Below, piece after piece: positions 13,101 through 26,375 of a stretch of DNA of 42,577 nucleotides. Each line of letters starts with the position of its first letter. The stretch's first letter is position 1. The notes under the pieces are model-generated. The model was given only the letters and a program-made list of their open reading frames with translations, was not told where the DNA came from and made no database searches. A program made the translations under genes and the position numbers. The stretch is from Chiloscyllium plagiosum. Taxonomy: Eukaryota. The stretch covers positions 825,515 through 868,091 of the forward strand of contig NC_057720.1 in NCBI RefSeq assembly GCF_004010195.1, written 5' to 3'.

Positions 13101-13698
13101 TGTGAACACCACCACAGCAGATCAGAGAGATTCCACACTTCCTAGGTCCTCCTGTATCCCCTGATCACCTTCCTCGGTCACTGGGTGCAGGCTGGGAAGG
13201 TCAAAGGGCCTGGTGTTGTGCTGTAATTGTCTTTGATCTTGTGGGAACAGCAAATGGAGACAGAAACATCTAAAGGGGGCATGCTTTCCCCAGAACATCT
13301 CAAACTCAGCACAAACCATCACCAGCAAATTCAAAACAGCAGCAAGATGCAGACAAACAGATTGATCTGGGTGACATTTAAATCTGCACATCGCCGTGGA
13401 AACTTGTTTAAAGAGGATATTGGAAGTGAGATTCACTCCTGCCTCATGTGAACTTTCTGCAGTCTCAAACTGATCCTCATGAATATTTTCTGGGATGGAT
13501 GAGCTGCTTCGGAGCATTTACAGAAGCTTCAGTGAGTGAGGCAAACATCTTTATTCATGAAATAATAAGCCTGTTTCCCAGAGACTTTATTGTGTAGGAG
13601 ACTGTGGCTGTGTGAGATTGTTTGTGTGATTGTGGCAATGTGTTTCAGTCAGTCTGCTCATGGGTCTATCTGAGTGTTTCATTGTGAGTGTGTCTATG

Positions 13699-14207
13699 NN
13701 NNNNNNNNNNNNNNNNNNNNNNNNNNNNNNNNNNNNNNNNNNNNNNNNNNNNNNNNNNNNNNNNNNNNNNNNNNNNNNNNNNNNNNNNNNNNNNNNNNNN
13801 NNNNNNNNNNNNNNNNNNNNNNNNNNNNNNNNNNNNNNNNNNNNNNNNNNNNNNNNNNNNNNNNNNNNNNNNNNNNNNNNNNNNNNNNNNNNNNNNNNNN
13901 NNNNNNNNNNNNNNNNNNNNNNNNNNNNNNNNNNNNNNNNNNNNNNNNNNNNNNNNNNNNNNNNNNNNNNNNNNNNNNNNNNNNNNNNNNNNNNNNNNNN
14001 NNNNNNNNNNNNNNNNNNNNNNNNNNNNNNNNNNNNNNNNNNNNNNNNNNNNNNNNNNNNNNNNNNNNNNNNNNNNNNNNNNNNNNNNNNNNNNNNNNNN
14101 NNNNNNNNNNNNNNNNNNNNNNNNNNNNNNNNNNNNNNNNNNNNNNNNNNNNNNNNNNNNNNNNNNNNNNNNNNNNNNNNNNNNNNNNNNNNNNNNNNNN
14201 NNNNNNN
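13699..14207. other. Assembly gap (509 N)
   Basis: N run. Confidence 1.
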
Positions 14208-14370
14208 ACTGACCCTCTGACAGTGCGGCACTCCCTCAGTACTGACCCTCCGACAGTGCAGCACTCCCTCAGCACTGACCCTCTGTCAGTGTGGCACTCC
14301 CTCAGCACTGACCCTCTGACAGTGTGGCACTCCCTCAGCACTGACCCTCTGACAGTGCGGTGCTCCCTCA
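14208..14370. repeat. 33-bp tandem repeat, same family as 1-146, abutting the gap
   Basis: GCACTCCCTCAGYACTGACCCTCTGACAGTG units. Confidence 0.95.
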
Positions 14371-16063
14371 ATCATGACAATATAACATAGAACATTACAG
14401 CACAGTACAGGTCCTTCGGCCTTCGCTGTTGTGCCGTACTGTGACAACAATCTGAAGCCCATCTAACCTACACTATTCCATGTACATCCGTATGTTTATC
14501 CAATGACCATTTAAATGCCCTTAAAGTTGATGAGTCTACTACTGTTACAGGCAGGGTGTTCCACGCCCCTACTACTGACATCTGACCGATATCCCGTCCA
14601 TTTAAGTCTCTGTCCCCTGTGCTAGCCATCACCCTCCGAGAGAAAAAGGCTCTCACTGTCCACCTTATCTAATCTCCTGATTAACTTGTATGTGTCTACT
14701 AAGTCACCTCTTAACCCACATTTTCGAATGAAAACAGTCTCAAATCCCTCAGCCTTTCTTCATAAGACCTTCCCTCCAGACCAGGCAACATCCTGGTAAA
14801 TTCTTTCTGAACCCTTTCCAAAGATTCTACATCCTTCCTATAATGCGGTGACCAGAACAGTACACAATACTCCAAGTGCAGTCACACCAGAGTTTTGTAC
14901 AGCTGCAGCATGATCTCATGGCTTCAAAACTCAATCCCTCTGCCAATAAAAACTAACACACCGTATACCTTCTTAACAACCCTGTCAATCTGGTTGGCAA
15001 CTTTCTGGGATCTATGTACATGTGCACCGAGATCTCTCTCCATCTATACTGCCAAGAATCTTATCATTAGCCCACTACACTGCATTCCTGTTGCTCCTTC
15101 CAAAGTGAATCACCTCACACGTTTCCACATTAACGTTCACTTGCCACCTCTTGACCCAGCTATGCAGCTTATCAATGTCCCTCTGTAACCCATAACATCC
15201 TTCAACACTGTCCACAACTCCACCAATCTTAGTGTCATCCGCAAATTTAATAACCCATTCTTCTACGCCCTCATCCAGGTAATTTATAAAAATGGCAAAC
15301 AGCAGTGGCCCCAAAACAGATCCTTGTGGTACCCACTAATAACTGAACTCCAGGATGGACATTTCCCATCAACCACCACCCTCTGTCTTCTTACAGCTCG
15401 CCAATTTCTGATCCAAACTGCTAAATCCCCCTCAATCCCTTGTCTCTGTATTTTGTGCAGTAGCCTACCATGGGGAACCTTATCAAATGCCTTACTGAAA
15501 TCCATATACACCACATCAATTGTTTTACCCTCATCCACCTGTTTGGTCACCTTCTCAAAGAACTCAATAAGGTTTGTGAGGCACGACAACTGTTTGACTA
15601 TCCCTAATCAATTTATTCCTCTCTAGAGATTATAAATCCTATCTCTTATAATCTTTTCCAACAGTTTACCCACAACCGAAGTAAGTCTCACTGGTCTGTA
15701 ATTACCAGGGTTGTCTCTACTCCCCTCCTTGAACAAGGGGACAACATTTGCTATCCTCCAGCCTTCTGGCACTGTTCCTGTAGACAATGATGACATAAAG
15801 ATCAAAGCCAAAGGCTCGGCAATCTTCACCCTGGCTTCCCAGAGAATTATAGGATCAATCCCATCTGGCCCAGAGAGCTCATCTATTTTCACACTTTCCA
15901 GAATTGCTAACACCTCCTCCTGGTGAACCTCTCAGTATTCTCCTCGACAACATTGTCGTTTTCCTGTGTAAATACTGAGGAAAAATATTCATTTAGCACC
16001 TCTCATATCTCCTTGGACTCCACACACAACCTCCCACTAATGTCCTTGACTGGCCCTAATCTT

Positions 16064-16472
16064 CGGAGAAAGTGAGGACTGCAGATGCTGGAGATCAGAG
16101 TCCGGAGTGTGGTGTTGGAAAAGCACAGCAGGTCCGGCAGCATCTGAGGAGCAGGAGAATAGATTTTTCGGGCATAAGCCCTTCATCAGGAATGAGGCTT
16201 GTGGGCCGGGGGTGCTGAGAGATAAATGGGGGCGGGGGGTCTGGGGATGCATAGGTAGATGGGTTGGAGAGGGGGGTGGAGCGGATAGATGGGAAAGGCG
16301 ATGGACAGGTCAGGAGGGCGGTGCCGAGTTGGAGGCTTGGGACTGGGATAAGGTGGGGGGAGGGGAAATGAGGAAACTGGTGAAATCCACATTAATCCCA
16401 TGTGGTTGCAGGGTCCCAAGGTAGAATATGAGGTGTTCTTCCTCCAGGCATCAGGTGGTTAGGGTTTGGCAA
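16064..16472 (-). mobile_element. Penelope-like element 3' fragment (ORF C-terminus and hammerhead-bearing terminus) inserted in the CR1
   Basis: Minus-strand peptide LEEEHLIFYLGTLQPHGINVDFTSFLIS; CTGATGA-A-GGGC-TTAT-GCCC-GAAA starting at 16189; 13-bp TSD TGGCCCTAATCTT at 16051-16063 and 16473-16485. Confidence 0.9.
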
Positions 16473-16783
16473 TGGCCCTAATCTTACTCGAGTTATTCTT
16501 TTATTCCTGACATACCTATAGAAAGCTTTAGGGTTTTCCTTGATCCTATCTGCCAATGACTTCCCATGTCCCCTCCTGGCTCTGAGCTCTCTCTTTAGGT
16601 CTTTCCTGACTAACCTGTAACCCTCAAGCACCCTAACTGAGGCTTCACCTCTCATCCTAACATAAGCCTCCTTCTTCCTCTTGACAAGAGCTTCAACTTC
16701 TTTAGTAAGCGACGGCTCCCTCACTCGACCACTTCCTCCCTGCCTGACAGCTACATACTTATCCAGGACCCGCAGTAGATGTT

Positions 16784-17126
16784 ACATAGAACATAGAACA
16801 GAGAACAATACAGTGCAGAACAGGCCCTTCAGCCCTCGATGTTGCACCGACCTGTGAACTATTCTCAGCTCGTCCACTACACTATCCCAAAATCTTCCAT
16901 GTGCTTATCTAAGGATTGTTTAAATCTCCCTAATGTGGCTGAATTGGCTACATTAGCAGGTAGGGCATTCCACACCCTTACCACTCTCTGAGTAAAGAAC
17001 CTGCCTCTGACATCTGTCTTAAATCAATCACCCCTCAATTTGTAGTTATACCCCCTCATACACACTGACGTCATCATCCTAGGAAAAAGACTCTCACTGT
17101 TTACCCTATCTAATCCACTGATCATC
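16784..17126 (-). mobile_element. Second CR1 3' fragment nested in the long CR1
   Basis: A new ACATAGAACATAGAAC tail at 16784 interrupts the host ORF2. Confidence 0.85.
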
Positions 17127-18909
17127 TTGAATAAACTCCACATTTCAACTCTGTCCATCCCCTGCAGTTTCCTTCCCCATCCTATGCATCTTAAATCTTG
17201 CCTAATCACATCATAATTGCCTTTCCTCCAGCTATAATTCTTGCCCTGTGGTATATACCTGTCCCTTTCCATCACTAAAGTAAACATAACCGAATTGTGG
17301 TCACTATCACTAAAGTGCACACCTACCTCCAAATCTAACACCTGGCCGGGTTCATACCCCGTACCAAATCCAATGTGGCCTTGCCCCTTGTTGGCCTGTC
17401 TACATACTGTGTCAGGAAGCCCTCCTGCACACATTGGTCAAGAACTCCCTGCGACTAACAATTCCAGTCAATATTTGGAAAGTTAAAGGCCCCCATAACA
17501 ACTATCCTGTTACTCTCTCTCTTATCCAGAATCATCTTTGCTATCCTTTCCTCTACATCTCTGGAACTATTCGGAGGCCTATAGAAAACTCCCAACAGGG
17601 TGACCTCTCCTTTCCTGTTTCTAACCTCAGCCCATACTCCCTCAGTAGATGAGTCCTCAAACGTCCTTTCTGCCACCGTAATACTGTCCTTGACTAACAA
17701 TGCCACACGTCCCCCCCTTTTACCGCCTTCCCTGATCTTACTGAAATATCTAAACCCTAATTGTCCTCATCTGTAATTCACTGTGTGAAGTTTGACTGGA
17801 ACCTAGTCCATTGTAATCCTCAGGGTCAGTGTGGGTCTGAAGGGGAGATATTGCAGGGTGATAGGGAAAGGGTCCGATGTTGCATTTTTGTGAATAACTT
17901 TTTCAAAGGAGCAGCAGAGAGATGAACAGCTGAAAGACCGGTTCCTGTTGTGGGGTTCGAGCAGGAGGGTGAAGGTTTGGGACATTGAGCAGGGACTCTC
18001 ACTCATTAATGGGACACTCTCACTGACTGAGCCTCTGGCTGGGAGACCAGAGGGTTATTAATGGCAGACCAGAACCTAGCTTCATGCCCCGGAGACAGTG
18101 AGGTGGAGAGAACAGAGCTAAATCCTCACCAAAGGAGGAATTCCTCCAATAAATCTGAGCAATTCTCTCACTTTGCAATGAAATGAACCCCGAGACATTG
18201 TGACAGAACCTCAGGACAGGTTGTGAGGCGACTCACGAGTATTTAGTTCCTGTAGCCAATGCCTTCTCCTTTTCTCACTGACAGCACTCAGGGTCGTTTA
18301 TGGTATCACCACAATTTCCTTTGAATCTCTGGGGAAATTATTGCTGACTCTGTTTTACTGTTCCGAGTCTCTGACAAGGCTATCCCCAGCAGGAGGATGT
18401 CACTGACGGACAGTTCCTCATGGACTGATATTGGGCTGTGTGTGAGCTGACTGTGTGCTCAGACACTGGGCCAGCACAGGTTTCCCCCGTTCACAGAGAC
18501 CAATCACTGCCTGGTGTTTCCTACGACAGGAGGCAACCAGCAGGAAATCTCTGATAAATACAACAACAAGCCCGACTTGAATCAGAGAGACAGTTCCATT
18601 CACCAAAGTTTTACAAAGTGAAGAGTTTGAGGTAAGAATGATAGACTGGAGAATGAGGTGTGTATGGATTTCAGGCAATCCCTCAAATCAACATCAAACA
18701 GCTGTGCATTCCTCTAGCACCCTATCGCACTTCAGCATACCCCAAAACCAATGGAATATATTAACAGTGCAGTTACAATTCTGATAAAGGAAATTTGGCT
18801 GCCAACAGTAACACAGAAAGATCCCAAAGTTAGTACAGGAACAAGTGGAGGCCATTCAGTCTGTTGAGGCTGGGCAGTGGGATCACAACTGTTCTGAACG
18901 ATAACACCA

Positions 18910-19007
18910 GAGTTGATAAAGTGTGGCGCTGGAAAAAGCACAGCAGGTCAGGCAGCAGCTAAGGAGCAAGAGAGTTGATGTTTCAGGCTGAACCCTTCAT
19001 CAGGATA
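18910..19007 (-). mobile_element. Short Penelope-like terminal repeat with a CpG-decayed hammerhead motif
   Basis: Minus strand reads CCTGATGAAGGGTTCAGCCTGAAACATC; 10-bp TSD GATAACACCA at 18900-18909 and 19008-19017. Confidence 0.85.
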
Positions 19008-20067
19008 GATAACACCATCCACTTAACTGTGCTGCAAAATCCAATCACACACCCACCAATCCCGAATCAATTAATGTCCATTTCAGATGCACACTCATCA
19101 ATACGTAACATTAAACAGCTGGTTCTCAGGAGCATCTCAAGAGGTTGTGGTTTGCTGAGAAGATTCAGAAAGTAATTACAGAGCTTAGCAACCCACTTTT
19201 ATAGGAACAGCCAACAATGCCGGAATGACTAAAATCGGGAATGAGAGGGAACTGGAGAAGACCAGAGAGTGTATAGTGTCAGCATTCGGGCAGTTTACAA
19301 GAACAGGGAGGGGGTGTAGGGGCTGGAGGGGGTTACAGAGATAGGGAGGGGTGTAGGCGCTGAAGGGGGTTACAGAGATAGGTAGGTATGTAGGGGCTGG
19401 GGGATGTGAGGGGGATATGGAATGGACCGGCTTCAGTCGAGCAAGTGTTAAGCTTTCACTGTCTTCATTTTCTGGCCCTCAGCTGCTCCATTATTCCCTC
19501 TCAAGGTGACTGATTGAATTGGTGATGATGATAACCTTGGGTTAAGATGTTTTGAGTGAAATGATTTTCTGTCCTTGTCGGTGAGTGTGTGGGGCCCAGG
19601 ACAGTGACTGAGCCTGTTCATCTGCTCAGTGTCAGAACGGTGACACAGCTGGAGGGTGAAGGATGGCTTGGAGCTGACAGGAATGGGATAGAGAGCAGCA
19701 CTTTGTTCAGCTCAGTGCAGGAGGCAGTCAGCTGGAGGGCAGCTCAGTCACGGGCTTCCCTTCAGCACGTAGTTCATTGAAAGGCAGAATAATTCCCAAA
19801 CACAAACTCTGGGCTCCCACAGCCTCGTGTACACCCCCGGCTTTAATCCATCCATCACTGGCCCATCCAGGAACCATGAGGTGTTACAGATTTCCCTGTC
19901 GTCCCTCAATTCCCTCCCTCTCTGCGTCTTGGACAGTTTCACTCAGAAACACTGTCACTGTGATGAACAGTTTCCTTATTTCTCTGCTGAATGGCCTGAC
20001 TCTGATTTCAGCTTCTGTCCCCGTGTCCCAGTCTCTCTCCACTAAGGAGGGCAAGTGTCTCTCAAAC

Positions 20068-20332
20068 TGTGTGTGTGTGTGTGCGCGAGAGAGTGGGTTT
20101 GTGTGTGTGTGAGAGAGAGAGAGATTATGTGTCTGTGTGTGTATGTGTCTGTATGTGAGAGCGTGTCTTGTATGTGTGTGTGAGAGTGTGTGTGTGTCTC
20201 TGTGTGAGAGAGTGAGTGTTTGTGTGTGTTTATGTGTGTCTGAGTGTGTGTATGTGTGTGCGAGAGAGTGTGTGTGTCCGTGTGTGTGTGTGAGAGAGTG
20301 AGTGTCTGTGTGTGTGTCTCTGTCTGTGTGTA
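20068..20332. repeat. Degenerate (GT/GA)n microsatellite
   Basis: Visible. Confidence 0.95.
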
Positions 20333-20974
20333 TTGGGAATGTGGGGGTGTGGGATTCTCCAGGGGCTTCACAAAGACTGAAGGTACATTAGTGTCTCACT
20401 CACTGAGACTGATCCCATTTCCACCCTGACCCCTGACCCTAATTAGACCATGAGGGTCAAACAGCAGCTTAACCTGAACAGAAATATTAAAGTCTGTGTC
20501 TGTAATATTTACAGGAACAATCTTTCTGTTCGTGACCAAGGTATTAAACTGTCACCGAATGGGAATGTACAATCTGTAATCTGGGCATGTGAGGGAAGAG
20601 GAGAGAGGAGACAGCTTTGTTTCTGTCTCTACAAAGAACTTTCTCATCCTTCGAGAACCCAGCCTGAGAGTGGATATGATTTAATTCGGAGACAGTTTGC
20701 AGTGAGTGCTGGAGACGGAGAGGGTTTGATCTCAGACCGTTTGGAGAAAAAGCCTCCTGAAGAATCAGGGAATCAAACAGAAAGGAAAGATTTACATTTC
20801 TATAGCACCTTCCACTCCCTCAGGACATCCCAAAGCACTTTGCAGCCAGTGAGGTACTTTTGAAGTACTGTCCCTGTTAAACTGCAGGGAACACATCAAA
20901 CAAGTTGTACACAGCAAGATCCCAGAAATATGGACAAGGTGAAGAAAAATCTGACCCAGTTAAAATGAAAACCC

Positions 20975-23900
20975 AAGAAAAAGAGCAGTATGAAGCTATC
21001 TGGCTCCTCGAGTAAGGTCATGGATGATCTCTTCATGGACTCAGCTCCACTCACCCGCCCTCTCACCATAACCCTCTTCATTCTTTTACTGTTCAAAAGT
21101 CTATCTATCATTGCCTTAAAAACATTCAATGAGTTAGAGCTGATAAAACATAGAGCTGGAGAAAGCACAGCAGAACAAGTCTCATCAGAGGAGCAGGAGA
21201 GATCCTGATGAAGCGTTCTGCTCAAAAAGTCAACTCTCCTGCCGTTCTGATGCTGACCTGCTGTGTTTTTCCAGTCCACAGATTCACAACCCTCTGGGTG
21301 AAGAAGTTCCACCTCAGCTCAGTCCTAAATCTGCTCCCCCTAATCTTGAGGCTATACCCTCTTGTTCTAGTTTCACCTGCCAGGGGAAACAACTTCCTTG
21401 CTTCCATCTTCTCTACTCCCTTCATTATGTTACATAATGTTACATGCTTCTGGAAGATCTGCCCTGATTCTTCTAAGTTGCAATGACTATAGTCTCAGTC
21501 TTTTCAGTCTCTCATTAGCCAACCCCTCAACTTTGGAATCACCCCAGTGATCCTCCTCTGCACCCCCTCCAGTGCCAGCACATCCTTTCTCAAGTAAGGA
21601 GACCAAAACTGCACACAGTACTCCAGTGCGACCCAAGGATTGGTGCTGGGTTCATTATTTTTCATCATTTACATAAATGATTTGGATGTGACCGTAAGAG
21701 GTACAGTTAGTAAGTTTGCAGATGTCACCAAAGTTGGAGGTATAGTGGACAGCGAAGAGGGTTACCTCAGATTACAACAGGATCTTGACCAGATGGGCCA
21801 ATGGGCTGAGAAGTGGCAGATAGAGTTTAATTCAGATAAATGGATGTGCTGCATTTTGGGAAAGCAAATCTTAGCAGGACTTACACACTTAATGGTAAGG
21901 TCCTTGGGAGTGTTGCTGAACAAAGAGAATTTGGAGTGCAGGTTCATAGCTCCTTGAAAGTGGAGTCGCAGGTAGATAGGATAGTGACGAAGGCGTTTGG
22001 TATGCTTTCCTTTATTGGTCAGAGTATTGATGCAGGAGTTGGGAGGTCATGTTGCGGCTGTACAGGACATTGGTTAGGCCACTGTTGGAATATTGCGTGC
22101 AGTTCTGGTCTCCTTCCTATTGGAAAGATATTGTGATAATTGAAAGGGTTCAGAAAAGATTTACAAGGATGTTACCAGGGTTGGAGGATTTGAGCTACAG
22201 GGAGAGGCTGAACAGGCTGGGGCTGTTTTCCCTGGAGCGTCGGAGACTGAGGGGTGACCTTATAGAGGTTTATAAAATTATGAGAGGTATGGATAGGATA
22301 AATGGACATGGTCTTTCCCCTGAGAGAGGAAGTGGTGGAGGCTGGTACAATTACAGCATTTAAAAGGCATCTGGATGGCTATAGGAATAGGAGGGTTTAG
22401 AGGGATATGGGCCGGGTGCTGGCAAATGGGACTAGGTTAATTTGGGATATTTGATTGGCATGGACGGGTTGGACCAAAGGGTCCGTTTTTAAGCTGTACA
22501 TCTCTATAACTTTATACAACTGCAGTAAAACCACCCAATGTTTAAACTCCATCCCTTTAGCAATGAAGGAGTATATTCCATGTGCTGTGTGTGTCACCTA
22601 CTGCACCTGCAAACCAGCTTGTTGTGATTCATGCACAAGGACACCCCCAGGTCCCTCTGCTCAGCAACATGCTGCATTTTTTCACCATTTAACTAATTGC
22701 CCATTTTTCTGTTCTTCCTACTAAAATGGCTGACCTCACATTTCCCAAAAATTGATTTGGTGCAACTGCATAGAGTCCTAGAGATGTACAGCATGGAAAC
22801 AGACCCTTCGGTCCAACCTGTCCATGCCGACCAGATATCCCAACCCAATCTAGTCCCACCTGCCAGCACCCGGACCATAACCCTCCAAACCCTTCCTATT
22901 CATATACCCATCCAAATGCCTCTTAAATGTTGTAATTGTACCAGCCTCCACCACTTCCTCTGGCAGAGCCTTGCCCTCTCACTCAACCTACTTATATCCA
23001 TGTGACCATTAGACATAGGAGCAGAAATTAGGCCATTCAGCCCATTGAGTCTGCTCTGCCATTCAATCACGGCTGATAAGTTTCTCAACCCCATTCTCCT
23101 GCTTTCTCCCCATAACCCTGGATCCTCTTAATACTCAGGAACCTCTCTCTCCCTCTGTCTTAAACATACTCAATGACCTGGCCTTCTGTGGTAATGAATT
23201 CCATCGATTCCCCACTCTCAGGCTGAAGAAGCTTTTCCTTCTCTCCATTCTAAAAGATCTTCCCTTTACTCTAAGGCTGTGTCCTCAGGTCCCAGTCTCT
23301 CCAACCAATGGAAACATCTTCCCAATATCCACTCTGTCCAGGCCATTCAGTATTCTGTAAGTTTCAATTAGATCACCACCCCCCATCCCCCAAATCCTTC
23401 TAAACTTTATCGAATATAGACCCAGAGTCCTCAAACGTTCCTGATATGTTAAGCTTTTCATTCCTGGGATCAATCTCGTGAACCTCCTCTGAACGTATTC
23501 CAGGGCCAGTACGTCCTTCCTGAGATATGGGGCCCACAATACTCCAAATGTGGTCTGACCAGGGCCTTACAGAGCCTCAGAAGTACATCCCTGCCTTTAT
23601 ATCTGGTGGATGGTGGGTGTTTGGAATGTACAGAGTCAGAGACATTAGGGACATTTAAGCCACTCCTGGACAAGTATATGGTTGGCAGTAAGTTAAGGGG
23701 TGTGTTGGTGAGGTTGATCTTAAATTAAGATAAATGCTATGCATGACATCATGGACCGAAGGGCCTGCACTGTGCTGTTGTGATCTATGTTCTATGTTCA
23801 AGTCCTCTCAAAATAAATGCCATCATCGCATTGGCCTTCCTAACCACTGACTAACCCGCAGTTTACCTTGAGAGAATCCTGGACTCGAACTTCCAAGTCT

Positions 23901-24100
23901 CTTTGTACTTCAGACTTCTGAATTTTCTCCCCATTTAGAAAATAGTCCGTGCCTCTCTTCTTCCCACCAAATTCCCTCCACAGACTGACAGAGTCCTCTG
24001 CACACTTTACTCTACCATTCATCTCAGCGTCATCTGCAAACTTCGACACATTATGCTTGGTCCCCAACCCCAAATCATCTCTGTAAATTGTAAACAATTG
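20975..24100. mobile_element. Cluster of nested CR1 fragments in both orientations (minus about 20975-21626, plus about 21630-22510, minus about 22510-23600, plus about 23605-23800, minus about 23800-24100)
   Basis: ORFs 21640-21957 (INDLD, SKFAD), 22049-22363 (LYRTLVRPLLEYCVQFWSP), 23285-23539 and 23840-24097 (VSKFADD). Confidence 0.92.
21135..21274. mobile_element. Palindromic pair of Penelope-like termini with a decayed hammerhead (CTGATGA at 21205)
   Basis: GCTGGAGAAAGCACAGCAG...GAGCAGGAGAG followed by its approximate reverse complement CTCTCCTGC...CTGCTGTGTTTTTCCAG. Confidence 0.75.
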
Positions 24101-24289
24101 CAGAGTATAGTCAGCTGCAGGTCAAGTGCAGATAATTGGGAAGAGTGTAGTTTGGTGTTTGTTGGAAGGCATAGCTATGGTGGGCTGAAGCGCCTGTTTC
24201 GGTGCTGATTCAGGAATGACTATTTATCCGTTCACTGGAGATATCTGTCCAGCTCTTATTCCCATCATGGCCCTGGGACCTTTCCTATC

Positions 24290-24789
24290 NNNNNNNNNNN
24301 NNNNNNNNNNNNNNNNNNNNNNNNNNNNNNNNNNNNNNNNNNNNNNNNNNNNNNNNNNNNNNNNNNNNNNNNNNNNNNNNNNNNNNNNNNNNNNNNNNNN
24401 NNNNNNNNNNNNNNNNNNNNNNNNNNNNNNNNNNNNNNNNNNNNNNNNNNNNNNNNNNNNNNNNNNNNNNNNNNNNNNNNNNNNNNNNNNNNNNNNNNNN
24501 NNNNNNNNNNNNNNNNNNNNNNNNNNNNNNNNNNNNNNNNNNNNNNNNNNNNNNNNNNNNNNNNNNNNNNNNNNNNNNNNNNNNNNNNNNNNNNNNNNNN
24601 NNNNNNNNNNNNNNNNNNNNNNNNNNNNNNNNNNNNNNNNNNNNNNNNNNNNNNNNNNNNNNNNNNNNNNNNNNNNNNNNNNNNNNNNNNNNNNNNNNNN
24701 NNNNNNNNNNNNNNNNNNNNNNNNNNNNNNNNNNNNNNNNNNNNNNNNNNNNNNNNNNNNNNNNNNNNNNNNNNNNNNNNNNNNNNNNN
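24290..24789. other. Assembly gap (500 N)
   Basis: N run of round length, probably a scaffolding placeholder. Confidence 1.
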
Positions 24790-26073
24790 AAGGAAATCTG
24801 CCATCCTTACCTGATCTGGCCTACACGTGACTCCCAGCCCTCAGCGACGTGGCTGACTCTTAGAGATAAGCAATAAAAAGCAGAAATAGCCAAGTCTTGG
24901 GAATGATTTGTTTTGTATGAAAAGCTCCGTTCACCTTTAGTCTCTGTGCCAGCTGCTTTGTGAAAGGAACAGTTGGTGCTTTCACCATTAGCTCACCGTG
25001 TTCCTGAGACAGGAAGGTCTCCATTCTCACATCAGACATTGGAAAACTGTCCCTCACTGACTGAGTCAGGAGGAACATTCTTCTCCCATTTACAAAAAGA
25101 CAAATACGGGAATTAGGAGCATTCAGGCCCTCAAACCTGCTCCACCCTTCAATACGATCCTGGCTGACTTGTTTCAATGTAGATACCACATTCTCATTGA
25201 CCTCCCAATAACCCACAGCTCTCTTGCCTGAAAAAGAATCTATATACCTCCATCTTTAACATATTCTGTGACTCCAACAGTTTCAGAGATGCCTCAGTGT
25301 CGAAGTCCTACTCTCTGGTTTGAGATTTCAAGGTAACCTCCTGCCATCCTCTATTTTTCTCCCTCCCTGATTAAGCTTCTGGTCAATCTCTGCCACTCTC
25401 TGTTTTCTGACCTTTCATCTGAACTGCTATTCATAACTGTGCAAAGATGGTTTTTTTCCTTAAGTTTGATGCTTTCTCTAACTTTAACAGTTTATCTACT
25501 GTAAGACTGTAACTATTCTGAAAGCTCTCATTAACTGTCTGTGTCTAATTGTGTACTGATCTATCTCCTCGTCTAATATCCCAGCTCATTGCAATGAGCT
25601 CAGCTTTCATTGTTATTTGGTTACCCTTATTTAAGCTTAAAACAGTAGTCTTAGACCCAGACTTCTGCCTTTTAAACTGGAAGTGAGATTCAATCATATT
25701 GTGGTCACTAAGCATTTACTCTGTGGTCATTAATTGACCCTGTCACATGACACAATACCAGGTCCAGTATAACCTGACCTCCTGGTTGGTTCTAGAATGT
25801 GCTGCTTTAAGAAACTATCATGAAGATATTCTATGAGCTCCTCATCCAGGCAACTACTAGAACAGAATTTCCACTGAATCCCTACAGTGTACCATTCAGC
25901 CCAAAAACTTCATATCGACCCTCCAAAGAGTATCTCACCCAATTTCGCCAACCATTCTACTGGTCTTATATTTTCCCGTTTCTTTCTAGATTAAAGTCAC
26001 TCAAGATTACTGCCCTCTCTTTATCATAAGAACTGAGGTAAGGCAGATGAGCCTACAGCTTGGATTAGTTACA

Positions 26074-26367
26074 GGGCGGCACAGTGGCTCAGTGGTTAGC
26101 ACTGCAGCCTCACAGCGCCAGAGTCCCAGGTTCGATTCCAGCCTCGGGCACCTGTCTGTGTGGAGTTTGCACATTCTCCCTGTGTCTGTGTGGGTTTCCT
26201 CCCACAATCCAAAGATGTGTACGTCAGGTGGATTGGCCAGGCTAAATTGTCCATGTTGTTAGGTGCATTAGTAAGAGGGTGTTAGATCTGGGTGGGCTGC
26301 TCTTCAGAGGGTCGGTGTGGACTTGATGGGCCAAAGGGCCTGTTTCCACACTGTAGGGAATCTAATC
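26074..26367 (+). mobile_element. HE1-type tRNA-derived SINE
   Basis: A box TGGCTCAGTGG, B box GGTTCGATTCC, CR1-derived 3' end (GGGCCTGTTTCCACACTGTAGGGAATCTAATCT), 8-bp TSD TAGTTACA at 26066-26073 and 26368-26375. Confidence 0.92.
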
Positions 26368-26375
26368 TAGTTACA

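Larger units (their letters stand above)
14380..17760 (-). mobile_element. Long decayed CR1 LINE ORF2 (APE endonuclease to RT to 3' tail) with nested insertions
   Basis: Motifs LLGVFYRPPN, FNFPNIDW, SDHN, PGNYRPVRLTSVVGKLLEKII, DVVYMDFSKAFDKVPH and KFADDTK, spread over shifted frames. Confidence 0.96.

Noticed and set aside
13587..14390. ORFs across the N run (also 24216-24830)
   Set aside because: Artefacts of translating assembly gaps.
26074..26150. tRNA gene (also 28030-28106)
   Set aside because: The A and B boxes belong to SINE heads that continue into a SINE body and a CR1-derived tail.
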